The notes: a model not told the origin generated them from the letters alone. A stretch of DNA of 64,000 nucleotides from Nitrospiraceae bacterium (GCA_052387595.1 JBQTJA010000027.1:11772-75771), one strand, 5' to 3'; shown: positions 1 to 9,244, numbered from the stretch's first letter. Numbers and translations: made by a program.

Positions 1-2
1 AG

Positions 3-179
3 ATCACACAGGGAGCCGAGAACATCCGCACCTACATCAAGATGCCGCTAAGTTTTCACAAATGGTGCACAGCTTATGGAGGCCAGGTCTTTACTGAGCA
101 TCCTACGTGGGGAGTCACCGGCGTGTATGCGGCAGTCATTCCAGACTTCCTCTACCAGGCCAGCACCCATGTGAACTAA
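3..179 (+). pseudogene. GFA (CENP-V/glutathione-dependent formaldehyde-activating) family gene, 3' part, disrupted
   Basis: Frame from nt 3 reads ITQGAENIRTYIKMPLSFHKWCTAYGGQVFTEHPTWGVTGVYAAVIPDFLYQASTHVN*. This resembles the GFA C-terminal half, but the WCxxCG motif reads WCTAYG and the frame stops at AAC-TAA where NY is expected. The 5' end lies outside the window. Confidence 0.6.
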
Positions 180-464
180 TGAGTCCATTGAGAGTTCAAG
201 CGATCGGGATCGGAGAAAGATTGGAATGAATTGGCGTGGCGTCGTGCAATCCAAGACTCATTGAGCGGGTATCTGCCCCCTTAGCAGCTGACGAAGACAA
301 GCCTGCAGATGCGAGATCTTTCAGCATCCGACACGACCTAAAACTCACGCGTCCTTGAACTGTTTCTGAGTCTTCTCGATCCCTGAGCCGACCGGATGGG
401 CCATGGAACGGACCATTGAATCATCGAAGCGCCAGGACTACAATTCATCCGTTCGTTCATTGTC

Positions 465-956
465 GTGGGTGTTGTCCTTCACAGAAAAGGCCACTTGAAG
501 CTGAGACACTTCATCGCCATCGTGGGAATACTCTGGGCATCCCCTGCCCACGCGGAAAGCCCCATGGCCGCTCAAGTCTGTAATCTGCTTGCCTCTCCCT
601 CGTTATCTGCCGTCCAATCTAGGAAGGGAACGGGTGAGGGTTGCGCATGGCAATGGCCAAACGGCCAGGTGCTGTCGATATATGTACACGTCGACCTGCA
701 AAGCGAAACCGTGACGGAGACCAAACAGATCATCGACATCTCCTTACAGAACCCGGAGTTCAAGCGATCGGCATTCCCAGTTTGTACGGGAGGGGACATG
801 GTCGTCGGTGATTTTCGAAACGGCAAAGGTCCCGGCGGAACCGGGTACACTCAGTGTTCGGGTTTTGTGCTGACCTTTAGCTTTCAAGGTGCCGATGCCA
901 AAAAGCATTTACCTAACATCGCCAAGCAGCTCTCTGGCACAACCTTGCCTCACTAA
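465..956 (+). CDS. Hypothetical secreted protein
   Basis: Signal-peptide-like stretch KLRHFIAIVGILWASPAHA followed by a Cys-containing mature region. The start may be the TTG near 498. Confidence 0.6.
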   Translation: MGVVLHRKGHLKLRHFIAIVGILWASPAHAESPMAAQVCNLLASPSLSAVQSRKGTGEGCAWQWPNGQVLSIYVHVDLQSETVTETKQIIDISLQNPEFKRSAFPVCTGGDMVVGDFRNGKGPGGTGYTQCSGFVLTFSFQGADAKKHLPNIAKQLSGTTLPH

Positions 957-1094
957 TCCAATGATTCCTTCTAACCACCAACGCGTTGTTGCCTACGATC
1001 TGTCGATAAACACCCCAGCACATGTCCAACCTGTGCAGTTTCGCCCTACAGCTCCTATGTCATGGGAACACTCTTCACCTGAAAGGATACGGTC

Positions 1095-1271
1095 ATGAAG
1101 AATGTTGAGATGAGCGTCGAAGGGTCCATGTTGACGATCAGAGTGGACCTCTCAAAGGAGTTCGGTCCCTCCTCAACAGGCAAGACAATCATCATTGCAT
1201 CGACGGAAGGGAACGTGACCATTCCGAATCGACAAGAGAAGATCGGGCTCAATGTGTACCGAAAAAAGTAG
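1095..1271 (+). CDS. Small hypothetical protein, 58 aa (below the ORF-track cutoff)
   Basis: SD-like GAAAGGA, then ATG at 1095 to TAG at 1271: MKNVEMSVEGSMLTIRVDLSKEFGPSSTGKTIIIASTEGNVTIPNRQEKIGLNVYRKK. Beta-rich, globular-looking composition. Confidence 0.75.
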   Translation: MKNVEMSVEGSMLTIRVDLSKEFGPSSTGKTIIIASTEGNVTIPNRQEKIGLNVYRKK

Positions 1272-1358
1272 TGCGGCTCCCCGCCATTTGGCTCTACGTT
1301 CTTCCCGACAAAGCGTCGTTCTGCTCTGACCGTCTCTTGACAGATCAGAAAGAGCGCT

Positions 1359-1641
1359 CTAGATGCATCCTTTAGTCTACGATCCACAGAAATTTCTCAT
1401 GCCTGTGGATAGAGCGATGCATCTAGTGATCGAGCCGATGACGCCATCAGGGCTTGTCTTTGATGCTGAGCACATACTTCTAGGAATGCGTGAAAACATC
1501 GAGAAGAATACTGCAAACCACTATTAGTGGTGGTAGATCTAGCACAGTGCAGACGCCTAAAAAGTAGGCAGTTTGGTAAATTGATGCGCCATTTATGCAT
1601 CGCGCGACTAAGAGACAGGTTTGTTCACAAGGTTATCCACA
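1359..1641. promoter_or_regulatory. Cluster of DnaA-box-like 9-mers with a flanking inverted repeat
   Basis: TTATCCACA at 1633-1641 (perfect), TTGTTCACA at 1621-1629, TGTGGATAG at 1404-1412 (CTATCCACA on minus), CGATCCACA at 1380-1388. Inverted repeat CTAGATGCATC 1359-1369 / GATGCATCTAG 1416-1426. Confidence 0.5.
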
Positions 1642-1896
1642 GACGATGGGGATCATGGCGTGAAGTCTTGTTCTGACGTTTCACGGTCCATGTACATCGC
1701 CTTCAAATTCAGGCCTCTCCGCTTGTTTCTTGACACCCTTCGTATATTTCTCCGACAATCTGGCCAATCCTGTGATCTTCACACTCAAACCTTTGCAACG
1801 ATGAGCATGAGATCTTACCAAGTAGCCCGCATCTTGCTGCTTGAGATCCACTGAAATCACCAACTCCGATCGGCACCTAAAGATTTTGAGGTAGGA

Positions 1897-2226
1897 ATGG
1901 ACCGTTTTCACCATGTCGTGCTTGCCGCCGTTGCTTCGATATGTTTAGCGGGATGCGCTTCCCATGCCGACAGGTCGGCAGGAGGGTCGGATCGATCCGC
2001 AAGGGTAACCGCGAGCGGATACACCAACGAAGGCTGTCTGCTCAATCTGAAGCTCACCGCGCGCGAGAGAGGCGTACGATTGATACCCGACGACGTGCAC
2101 GTGGAATCGAGCTGGCTCATGCTTATTTTTCCATTCTTGAATCAGGAAGCCTATCGGTGTTCGGGAAGCTTCATCGAACGAGTGAAACGGCCTGCGAGCA
2201 AAGATCCGCTTTACCCAATGGAGTAA
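1897..2226 (+). CDS. Putative lipoprotein
   Basis: MDRFHHVVLAAVASICLAGC has an LAGC lipobox. GAGGTAGGA SD upstream. Confidence 0.7.
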   Translation: MDRFHHVVLAAVASICLAGCASHADRSAGGSDRSARVTASGYTNEGCLLNLKLTARERGVRLIPDDVHVESSWLMLIFPFLNQEAYRCSGSFIERVKRPASKDPLYPME

Positions 2227-2460
2227 TGCTGGCAGCGACTCGTCTCACAGAGTTCGCCGCTGTGTCCGATCTTGCCTGCCGATGTGGCAACAGCCAGCAG
2301 ATAGTGGACGAACTGGCATCACAAATAGGTGAACGGCTTCACCGCCCCGTTGCAAAGTGAATCAGGAAGGCGATAGGATTCCTTTTTTATCCATTGAAAT
2401 TCGTTGATGAGGTGCGACTTCATTTATGGTCACTGCACCTTAGCTGCTTGTGGGTGAGAC

Positions 2461-4125
2461 ATGATCATCAAAAACTTATCCGCCTTCACGCTTCTATCCC
2501 TCACCATGTTATGCGGAGTTGTGCCGGTTTCTATGGCTGTCGGAGATGCAGACAGCCAGTCGCCACGCGACGAATTGAGCGTAACGAAAAACCATCTCCA
2601 GCAGGCCAAACAAAGAATCGATGAACTCGAGCGGCAACTCGCCACCGGCAATCTGGAGAATGCAAAACGGCGGATCGGTGAGTTGGTTATCCAACTCCAT
2701 GCCAAAGATAGTGAGATCACAGCCCTGCGATCCAACGTCTACGAGAATTCCAAGAAGCTTCGAGAGGATCTTGCATCACAAACTGAGGAGCTCAACCAGG
2801 CTAAACGCCGCGTCGTCGAAGTTGAACAACAGCTGACGACAGGGAAAGGGCAAGAATTGACACAGGCCAAACGCCGCGCAGCCGACGCCGAACAACAGAC
2901 AACTAAAAAAGACCAGGAACTGGTGCAGGCTAAACGTCGTGTCGCCGAAATCGAGCAACAGATGGTGGGGAAGGAGCAGGAGCTGGCACAGACCAGACGC
3001 CGTATCGCCGACGCCGAACAACAGATGGTGGGGAAGGAGCAAGAGCTGACGCAGACCAGACGCCGTGTCGCCGATGTCGAACAACAGATGGTGGGGAAGG
3101 AGCAAGAGCTGGCGCAGGCCAGACGCCGCTTTGCCGAAGCCGAACAGCAGACGGCGCGGAAAGAGCAAGAGCTGGCACAGGCTAGACGCCGCCCAGCTGA
3201 CCCAGAACAACTGACGACATCAGGGAAAGAACAAGACCTGGCGCAGGCCAAACGCCGTGTTGCCGAGGCCGAACAACAGATAGCGAAGAAGGAGCAAGAG
3301 CTGGCACAGGTCAAGGACGACCTCAAACAAGTCACGCAAAAACTGGCGGATCTGAATCCTCAACTCCTAGCAAGAGACATGGAGATCGCGCGCACGAAGC
3401 AATTGCTGACAGACCTCGAACGCACTACGTCCAAGCAAGCCGAGCCAGCTCCTGCCCAAGAAGACAGCGGTGCCGACAAAAACACGATTCCGCTGCACTC
3501 GCTCGATCAGAACCTAGCCGTGACGAACCTCCTCCCGTCCCCCCCCGCGCTGGCAGATGACACAGAATCCTCATCAAGTAGCGACCTCGGGAAAATGAGC
3601 GAGAGCCTCGCGAGCCTCTTACAGCCAGAACTCAAGAAAGGCAGTGCGACATTGAGGCAGCGAGGCAATAAATTGACCCTCGCGTTCGCAGCCGCTGAAT
3701 TCTTCCCCACCGGTGAGGCTGCGGTTACTCTCGGAGGCACCTCATTGCTCGAGCGGATCGGAGCCGTCTTGCACGGATTCCGTTACCAGAACATCGAGGT
3801 TGCCGGCCATACCGACAACGCGCCGCTCCGGAGCGACCCTCGGAAGGGCTTTCGGGATAATATCGAACTCTCCCGGACCAGGGCCGAACATGCCATTCAA
3901 ATATTGATCAACGGAGGGCTTGAGGCCGACCGAGTCAAAGCCATGGGATACGCCGATAGCAAACCGATCGCGGCCAATGACACGGAAAAAGGCCGGAGTA
4001 AGAACCGGCGAATAGAGATCGTAATTACACAGTGGTCAGAATCAGGTGGCACCGTGGGTGACACGAAGGCGCAGGTCGGCAAGAAACTCCAGGGCTTCTC
4101 CACTCAAACAGTAACCCATCGCTGA
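2461..4125 (+). CDS. OmpA/MotB-family peptidoglycan-binding protein with a long coiled-coil repeat stalk
   Basis: N-terminal signal peptide. C-terminal OmpA-like motifs GHTDN, NIELSRTRA, GYADSKPIAANDT, NRRIEIVI. Central 21-aa repeats. Confidence 0.9.
   Translation: MIIKNLSAFTLLSLTMLCGVVPVSMAVGDADSQSPRDELSVTKNHLQQAKQRIDELERQLATGNLENAKRRIGELVIQLHAKDSEITALRSNVYENSKKLREDLASQTEELNQAKRRVVEVEQQLTTGKGQELTQAKRRAADAEQQTTKKDQELVQAKRRVAEIEQQMVGKEQELAQTRRRIADAEQQMVGKEQELTQTRRRVADVEQQMVGKEQELAQARRRFAEAEQQTARKEQELAQARRRPADPEQLTTSGKEQDLAQAKRRVAEAEQQIAKKEQELAQVKDDLKQVTQKLADLNPQLLARDMEIARTKQLLTDLERTTSKQAEPAPAQEDSGADKNTIPLHSLDQNLAVTNLLPSPPALADDTESSSSSDLGKMSESLASLLQPELKKGSATLRQRGNKLTLAFAAAEFFPTGEAAVTLGGTSLLERIGAVLHGFRYQNIEVAGHTDNAPLRSDPRKGFRDNIELSRTRAEHAIQILINGGLEADRVKAMGYADSKPIAANDTEKGRSKNRRIEIVITQWSESGGTVGDTKAQVGKKLQGFSTQTVTHR
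2785..3320 (+). repeat. Coding tandem repeat, ~63-nt (21-aa) unit, about 8-9 copies
   Basis: Consensus KEQELAQARRRVADAEQQMVG. The DNA CAACAGATGGTGGGGAAGGAGCA recurs three times at 63-nt spacing (about 2957, 3020, 3083). Confidence 0.9.
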
Positions 4126-4315
4126 CAGGGTGAATCTGACCCTGTCTCCTCCTGTTCGATGGCGGGAGGAGTTCCTAAAGACTCCTCCCAATGAAGATCC
4201 CCGCACTTGCGATTGGCAGTAGGAAAACATTGTGCTGCGCATGGCCATGGAAAAGAAAACGGGGACATCCCAAATCGCACCGAGCGCAGACTCGGTCTCG
4301 ATGAGAATGTCCCCG
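4124..4315. terminator. Three hairpins between convergent genes (probable terminators)
   Basis: GACAGGG/CCCTGTC at about 4124-4146; GGGAGGAGT 4164-4172 / ACTCCTCCC 4181-4189; CGGGGACAT 4260-4268 / ATGTCCCCG 4307-4315. Confidence 0.45.
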
Positions 4316-4335
4316 ACATTCGACTCACTGCCCGA

Positions 4336-4929
4336 TTAGAAATCGCCGGCTTTGACGTAGGGGTGGCTCCAGAGCGTGATCTGGAGCAGGCAGGACTTGA
4401 CCCATGCCGCATACATCTTCTCAACGTCCTCAGCCGAGTGGCCCTTCTTCGCGAGAAAGGGCTTCAATGTAATAGTCACTGGGAAAATGAGCGCGAAGAG
4501 ATCGCGAAACGGCACGATCGCCGCTGATGCCGCCGCGCCGTCCGTCTGGTTCTTCTTCGTGCGATGATGACGCAGGCCGATCTCATGCTGATAATCGAGC
4601 CACTTCTGGTCGTACTCCGCACGAGCCGTATCGAGAATCCATTGGCCGAACCGCTTGCGCACCCCGCCCAAATAATCGCCGAGCGGCTTGCCGTCACTTT
4701 TACCGAGAAACGATTGGAGCAGATGGGGCTGGGATCCGACGAAGCCGTACCACACGTCCAAAATGGCTTCCACCTGGTCCTTCACCACATCGTGCGAGAG
4801 ACGTAAATACTTCACGTCCTCCTCGCCGAATAACGCGCTCTTCTGCATCAATCCGAAATCCGCAAGGCTCACCGGCGACTTCGCGACCGCCGAGGTGCCG
4901 TAGGTATATCCGGGAATCTGCTGGCTCAT
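4336..4929 (-). CDS. Protoglobin (single-domain globin)
   Basis: MSQQIPGYTYG...VRKRFGQWILDT...HEIGLRHHRTKKNQTD...WSHPY matches the protoglobin pattern. Start moved to ATG 4929, which follows a GGAG SD. Confidence 0.9.
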   Translation of the reverse strand: MSQQIPGYTYGTSAVAKSPVSLADFGLMQKSALFGEEDVKYLRLSHDVVKDQVEAILDVWYGFVGSQPHLLQSFLGKSDGKPLGDYLGGVRKRFGQWILDTARAEYDQKWLDYQHEIGLRHHRTKKNQTDGAAASAAIVPFRDLFALIFPVTITLKPFLAKKGHSAEDVEKMYAAWVKSCLLQITLWSHPYVKAGDF

Positions 4930-5126
4930 AATGGACACTCCTTTCATCTTGTTGCGATGGCCGCTCTCAGAAATAAGGCATGGCGACAACGCACTGGCTG
5001 AGAGCAGCCACTAGATCCAGGCGCCGCGCTGTTTATTGGACGATTACGGGACAGGGCGCAGTGTGTGAACCGTCGTTTATCTCTTGCGGAAAGCAACGAA
5101 CGGCCGCCGGCTCCACGCCCTGCACA

Positions 5127-5540
5127 TTACGGATGACGTCTCTCCGCAGAATGCCCCTCCGACTGTATCGCAGCGACAGTGACCTTGTCCAGGCGCTTCA
5201 CCTTGCCGTTGCCGTCCGTCGCCGCTAATCTAGCTGACCCTTCAGCCACGACACGCCCACTGACTTTGTCCTTGACCACATGGGCGAAGGTGAACGACGC
5301 AGCCGTCATATCGGGAACGACCGTCTCGATCATCAACGTCTCGCCATAGCGGGCAGGCGACCGATAATGCACCTCCGCATGCACGACGACAAACACCGTT
5401 CCTTTGGCCATAAGCCCCGCCACCGACAGTCCGCGATCTTCGAGATAGTGGGTCCGCGCCCGCTCAAAATATTTCAGATAGTTGGCATAGTAGACGACCC
5501 CGCCGCAGTCGGTATCTTCGTAGTAGACGCGAATGTCCAT
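5127..5540 (-). CDS. ybgC: Acyl-CoA thioesterase, YbgC/FadM (4HBT) family
   Basis: RVYYEDTDCGGVVYYANYLKYFERART signature. Confidence 0.85.
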   Translation of the reverse strand: MDIRVYYEDTDCGGVVYYANYLKYFERARTHYLEDRGLSVAGLMAKGTVFVVVHAEVHYRSPARYGETLMIETVVPDMTAASFTFAHVVKDKVSGRVVAEGSARLAATDGNGKVKRLDKVTVAAIQSEGHSAERRHP

Positions 5541-5601
5541 GATCGATCAGTCCGCAGCAGGCAGCCTCAGACCCGCTACCTGACAACGAGCCACTGAAAG
5601 C

Positions 5602-6858
5602 TCAGAGGTTCAAGACAGGAAACTTCGGAAGCGACGACTCCGCGACGCCAGTCAGTCGAATGACGACATCGTACAGCTGCTGCACTCGTTCAGCTTTGAT
5701 CGGCTCGAAGCCGTGTCCCAACACCGCATGGTTCGCGGCGTCCAGCAACGGCTTCATCTTCTGCCATTCCTTGAGAAAGGCTTGGCCTAGTTGATCGCCC
5801 AGTCCGGCCAACACACGAAACTGAGCTTGAAGCGGCAGCTTGTATTTACCGTCAATGTCTTCGAGATAACAGGTGCGGCAGGTCTCTTGAAGCGCTTGCG
5901 GAAGCTGTCCCGGTGACACATCCCAACTCTTGATCTTGTGCGACTTATAGAGCCGGACTTGCGCGAACGCCTCCAGCGCACGAACAAGCGCTGTCATAGC
6001 CCCTTCCGGGTCATGGCCAACATGGAGATGCCTGCCCACATGCGCCAATAAGTCCAGCGCAAGGTATTCCTTGACCTCCGCGGGGTCCAACACCAGCTTC
6101 TCGAGGAAACTCGCGTTGGCCTTCAGGGCAGGCAGGATCGCTTTCAATCCAGCCGGCCCACCCCAGAGCGAAGCCATCTCCAGAGCCTTGGTCGCAGTTC
6201 TCAACTTGTCCCAAGCTTGCCGGTGATGAAACCGTTCCCATAACTCGTAGCCTTCCGCCAAATCGGTGAAGGCACGATAGAGCGGCTTGTGCCCGCCACT
6301 CACTCGCAGTTCTACGCCATGGAAGAGTTTGGCGGCGGCGTGAAAGAGACCCCGGTTAAACAACTCGCAGCCTTCCCGACGTGACACGGTCGCTTGCTCG
6401 TCCCATGGATTGCTCTGAGTCCAGACAAGCGTCTTGTGGCCCAACTCGATCCGATCACCCTCCTGACCTTCACGCGCCCGAGCCAACTCGACCACCCGGG
6501 AAGTCCATGGGAGCGCCACCAAGGTGAGCGCACCCGCCATCGCCGGGGTTGCTCCACTCAGATCCACGACCAACTCCCCCGGCTGTACCTCCCATGTCCG
6601 CAAGAGATCCGGGAGCGACCGCGCAATCGTCTGATAGATAGATGGGAACTCTGTCGCGTCCGCCATTACGATCCAATCCCACCGCCTCGGCATCTGTTGG
6701 ATCTTCGGCTGTACGTCCGATTCCACCAAGGCCTTGCTCCCTTCAGGCAACAAGAAACACAGGGCCTCCGGGTTGAGCCTGTTGATCGAATAGACTGCCG
6801 CTGCCGCATCATCGACCAATGCGACCACGAGTGTCTTGATGGGTTGGTCTTGTGCCAT
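5602..6858 (-). CDS. TIGR02710-like CARF-domain protein (Csm6/Csx1-related), stand-alone
   Basis: N-terminal Rossmann-like region with VVDLSGATPAMAGAL (a variant of the CARF DxTGGTKxM loop), helical middle with YxxWxxFxHxxA, and C-terminal NHAVLGHGF (HEPN-like). Start set at MAQDQP. Confidence 0.7.
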   Translation of the reverse strand: MAQDQPIKTLVVALVDDAAAAVYSINRLNPEALCFLLPEGSKALVESDVQPKIQQMPRRWDWIVMADATEFPSIYQTIARSLPDLLRTWEVQPGELVVDLSGATPAMAGALTLVALPWTSRVVELARAREGQEGDRIELGHKTLVWTQSNPWDEQATVSRREGCELFNRGLFHAAAKLFHGVELRVSGGHKPLYRAFTDLAEGYELWERFHHRQAWDKLRTATKALEMASLWGGPAGLKAILPALKANASFLEKLVLDPAEVKEYLALDLLAHVGRHLHVGHDPEGAMTALVRALEAFAQVRLYKSHKIKSWDVSPGQLPQALQETCRTCYLEDIDGKYKLPLQAQFRVLAGLGDQLGQAFLKEWQKMKPLLDAANHAVLGHGFEPIKAERVQQLYDVVIRLTGVAESSLPKFPVLNL

Positions 6859-6967
6859 GGCCGGACGACTATACCATCGCACTCGCGCACGTTCAATTTG
6901 ATGCGGCGGAACATGGAGAGGGCCCTCGTCCTTGACAGCCTAGGCACCCTTCCCTAGAATCGCGAGC

Positions 6968-7546
6968 ATGCAAACAATTGTTTTGACGGCTTTTGCGGAC
7001 AGTGCCCGGGTCAAACAGCAGTTTGCACATGATCACGCCGATCGCATCGTCCAGGTTGCGACGCTCATCGCCAACGCGTTCCGCAACGGCAATAAAGTTC
7101 TCCTGTTCGGCAACGGTGGCAGCGCCACCGATGCGGCCCATATTGCGGCGGAGTTCGTCGGACGATACCAGCGCGACCGGGTGCCGTTACCCGCAATTGC
7201 CTTGGCGACAGACATTGCCGCCATTACCTGCATCGCGAATGACTATGGGTACGAAGAACTCTTCGCCCGCCAGGTGCGCGCGCATGGCCGAAAAGGGGAC
7301 ATTGCGATTGGCATCAGCACCAGCGGAAATTCTCCAAACGTGCTGAAAGGCGTCGCGGCGGCCCGCGACGGTGGCTTGACCACGATTGCCTGGACAGGCG
7401 CCAACGGCGGAAAGCTGGCCCCGTTGGTCGAGTATCCCTTCATCGTCCCGTCTACGGTCACGTCTCGAATTCAAGAAAGTCACATCACGCTCGGCCACGT
7501 CTTGTGCGAATTGGTAGAGGATCATCTCCTTGGGAAAGCGTCCTGA
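6968..7546 (+). CDS. gmhA: D-sedoheptulose-7-phosphate isomerase
   Basis: GNGGSATDAAHIAAEFVGR, ANDYGY, STSGNSPNV and RIQESHI motifs. Confidence 0.95.
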   Translation: MQTIVLTAFADSARVKQQFAHDHADRIVQVATLIANAFRNGNKVLLFGNGGSATDAAHIAAEFVGRYQRDRVPLPAIALATDIAAITCIANDYGYEELFARQVRAHGRKGDIAIGISTSGNSPNVLKGVAAARDGGLTTIAWTGANGGKLAPLVEYPFIVPSTVTSRIQESHITLGHVLCELVEDHLLGKAS

Positions 7547-8519
7547 TCGGACACCCTCGACTCGGCCTCCCGCCTTGATCCCTCCGATCAATGCGTCTGA
7601 CCTCAAGACCTATCCGCTCAAAAGGCGACACAGCAAGGTCCGGCTTTCGGACTTGGCCGCGCCGTGGAAACGCGGGGGAACTTTCTCGACCTTCTCTTCC
7701 CGCCTTCCAAACATCCTCGCAGTCGCAACATTGCGGGCCGTCACCCAGGCCATCGTGAAGGCGCATCGAAGGCGCCGCCCTGTCATCCTCGGGATCGGCG
7801 CCCATGTCATCAAGGTGGGGCTTTCCCCAATTATCACGGACTTGATGGAACGAGGCATCATCACGGCTGTGGCCATGAACGGGGCGGGAATTATTCACGA
7901 CTTCGAATTGGCCTTCATGGGGCACACTTCCGAAGAAGTCGATGCCGAGATCGACAATGGCCGGTTCGGCATGGCGGAAGAAACGGGACGGATTCTGAAT
8001 GACGCCATCACGCGTGGCGCGAAAGACGGTCAGGGGCTGGGTGAAGCCATCGGACGCTACATGAACCACACAGCCGATCAATTCCCGAATCGAGCCGTCA
8101 GCATTCTTGCCACAGGAGCGAAACTCGGTCTTCCGGTGACCGTGCATGTCGCGGTCGGAACCGACATTATCCACATGCACCCCTCGGCGGACGGTGCAGC
8201 CATCGGCGCCACTTCTCTCCTGGACTTCAGGCGTCTGACCGCTGTCGTCGCTGGGATGGAAGGTGGCGTCTACCTGAACATCGGCTCGGCGGTGATTTTG
8301 CCAGAGGTCTTTCTAAAAACACTGTCATTAGGGAGAAACCTCGGCCATCCGATCGCCAATATTACGACCGTGAATATGGACTTCCTCGCCCATTACCGAC
8401 CGCAGACCAACGTCGTGCGGCGCCCCACGCAAAAGGGAGGCCAGGGCTATTCCTTAACCGGTCACCACGAGATCATGCTGCCGTTGCTCGCGGCGGCCGT
8501 GCTGGAGGAATTGGGATGA
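7530..8519 (+). CDS. Conserved protein with a deoxyhypusine-synthase-like fold, function unknown
   Basis: GAHVIKVGL, AMNGAGIIHDFE, HVAVGTDIIHMHP, NIGSAVILPEVFLK and GHHEIMLPLL. The TTG start is uncertain. Confidence 0.6.
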   Translation: MGKRPDRTPSTRPPALIPPINASDLKTYPLKRRHSKVRLSDLAAPWKRGGTFSTFSSRLPNILAVATLRAVTQAIVKAHRRRRPVILGIGAHVIKVGLSPIITDLMERGIITAVAMNGAGIIHDFELAFMGHTSEEVDAEIDNGRFGMAEETGRILNDAITRGAKDGQGLGEAIGRYMNHTADQFPNRAVSILATGAKLGLPVTVHVAVGTDIIHMHPSADGAAIGATSLLDFRRLTAVVAGMEGGVYLNIGSAVILPEVFLKTLSLGRNLGHPIANITTVNMDFLAHYRPQTNVVRRPTQKGGQGYSLTGHHEIMLPLLAAAVLEELG

Positions 8520-9211
8520 GCTCAACCTCGTCCGCCCCAACCCTTTCGGTACTCCTTTCTTCAGAATGGCTACAAGCTCGCTGGCAGCACTTGAACACAC
8601 AGTACTTTGCCGGTTCACTGAGGCCAATCGAGATCGTCTGGAGTCAGCGCCTGACCTCTTCGGTTGGGATGTTTGCCTGCCGCGAAGGGCCAAAGGCCTT
8701 CGCCCCCTTCGCCTTGACTCACAGACATCGAGAAATTCGCCTGTCCCTCCCGCTCTTTGAACAGCTCGCCGCACGGACACCGTACGCGGAACAGGAACTG
8801 CTCAACACCTTGGCTCATGAAATGATTCATCAATGGCAATTCGATGTATTGAAACGCCGGCCAGATCATGGTCTGGAGTTTTTGCGGAAGATGGCGCAGA
8901 TGAATCGAACAGGGGCAGTCGCCGTGACGACGTACCACACGCTGGAGAAGGAAGTAATGGCCTTATCGAAATTCGCCTGGCGATGCCAAGACTGCGGACG
9001 ACTGTATCAACGGCACCGAAGAACGATCCAGCCGAAGCGCCATCACTGCGGATCCTGTCGAGGTGCATTGCAGGAACTCGTCTCGCCCACTCAACTGATC
9101 GAGGATCGTCCCACGCCCTGCCTGAGTCATGCCTCAGACTCATCACCCCGGTCTGCCCAACCGACTGGGCCTGTCAGAGCGCCAGAACAATTGACGCTTG
9201 AATTGACGTGA
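8516..9211 (+). CDS. SprT-like zinc metalloprotease with zinc ribbon
   Basis: LAHEMIH (HExxH), then CQDC...CGSC. ATGA overlap with the upstream stop. Confidence 0.85.
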   Translation: MSSTSSAPTLSVLLSSEWLQARWQHLNTQYFAGSLRPIEIVWSQRLTSSVGMFACREGPKAFAPFALTHRHREIRLSLPLFEQLAARTPYAEQELLNTLAHEMIHQWQFDVLKRRPDHGLEFLRKMAQMNRTGAVAVTTYHTLEKEVMALSKFAWRCQDCGRLYQRHRRTIQPKRHHCGSCRGALQELVSPTQLIEDRPTPCLSHASDSSPRSAQPTGPVRAPEQLTLELT

Positions 9212-9244
9212 TGTGAGAAAGGGGCTCTGACGGGGAACGGCAAG

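Noticed and set aside
2739-3335. Long antisense ORFs with repetitive Cys/Ser/Leu text, and the idea that the 63-nt repeats form a CRISPR array
   Set aside because: These are shadows of the coding repeat. The units are contiguous, in frame and have no unique spacers.
5602-6858. A CRISPR-Cas locus implied by the CARF gene
   Set aside because: No cas genes or repeat-spacer array are visible anywhere in the window.
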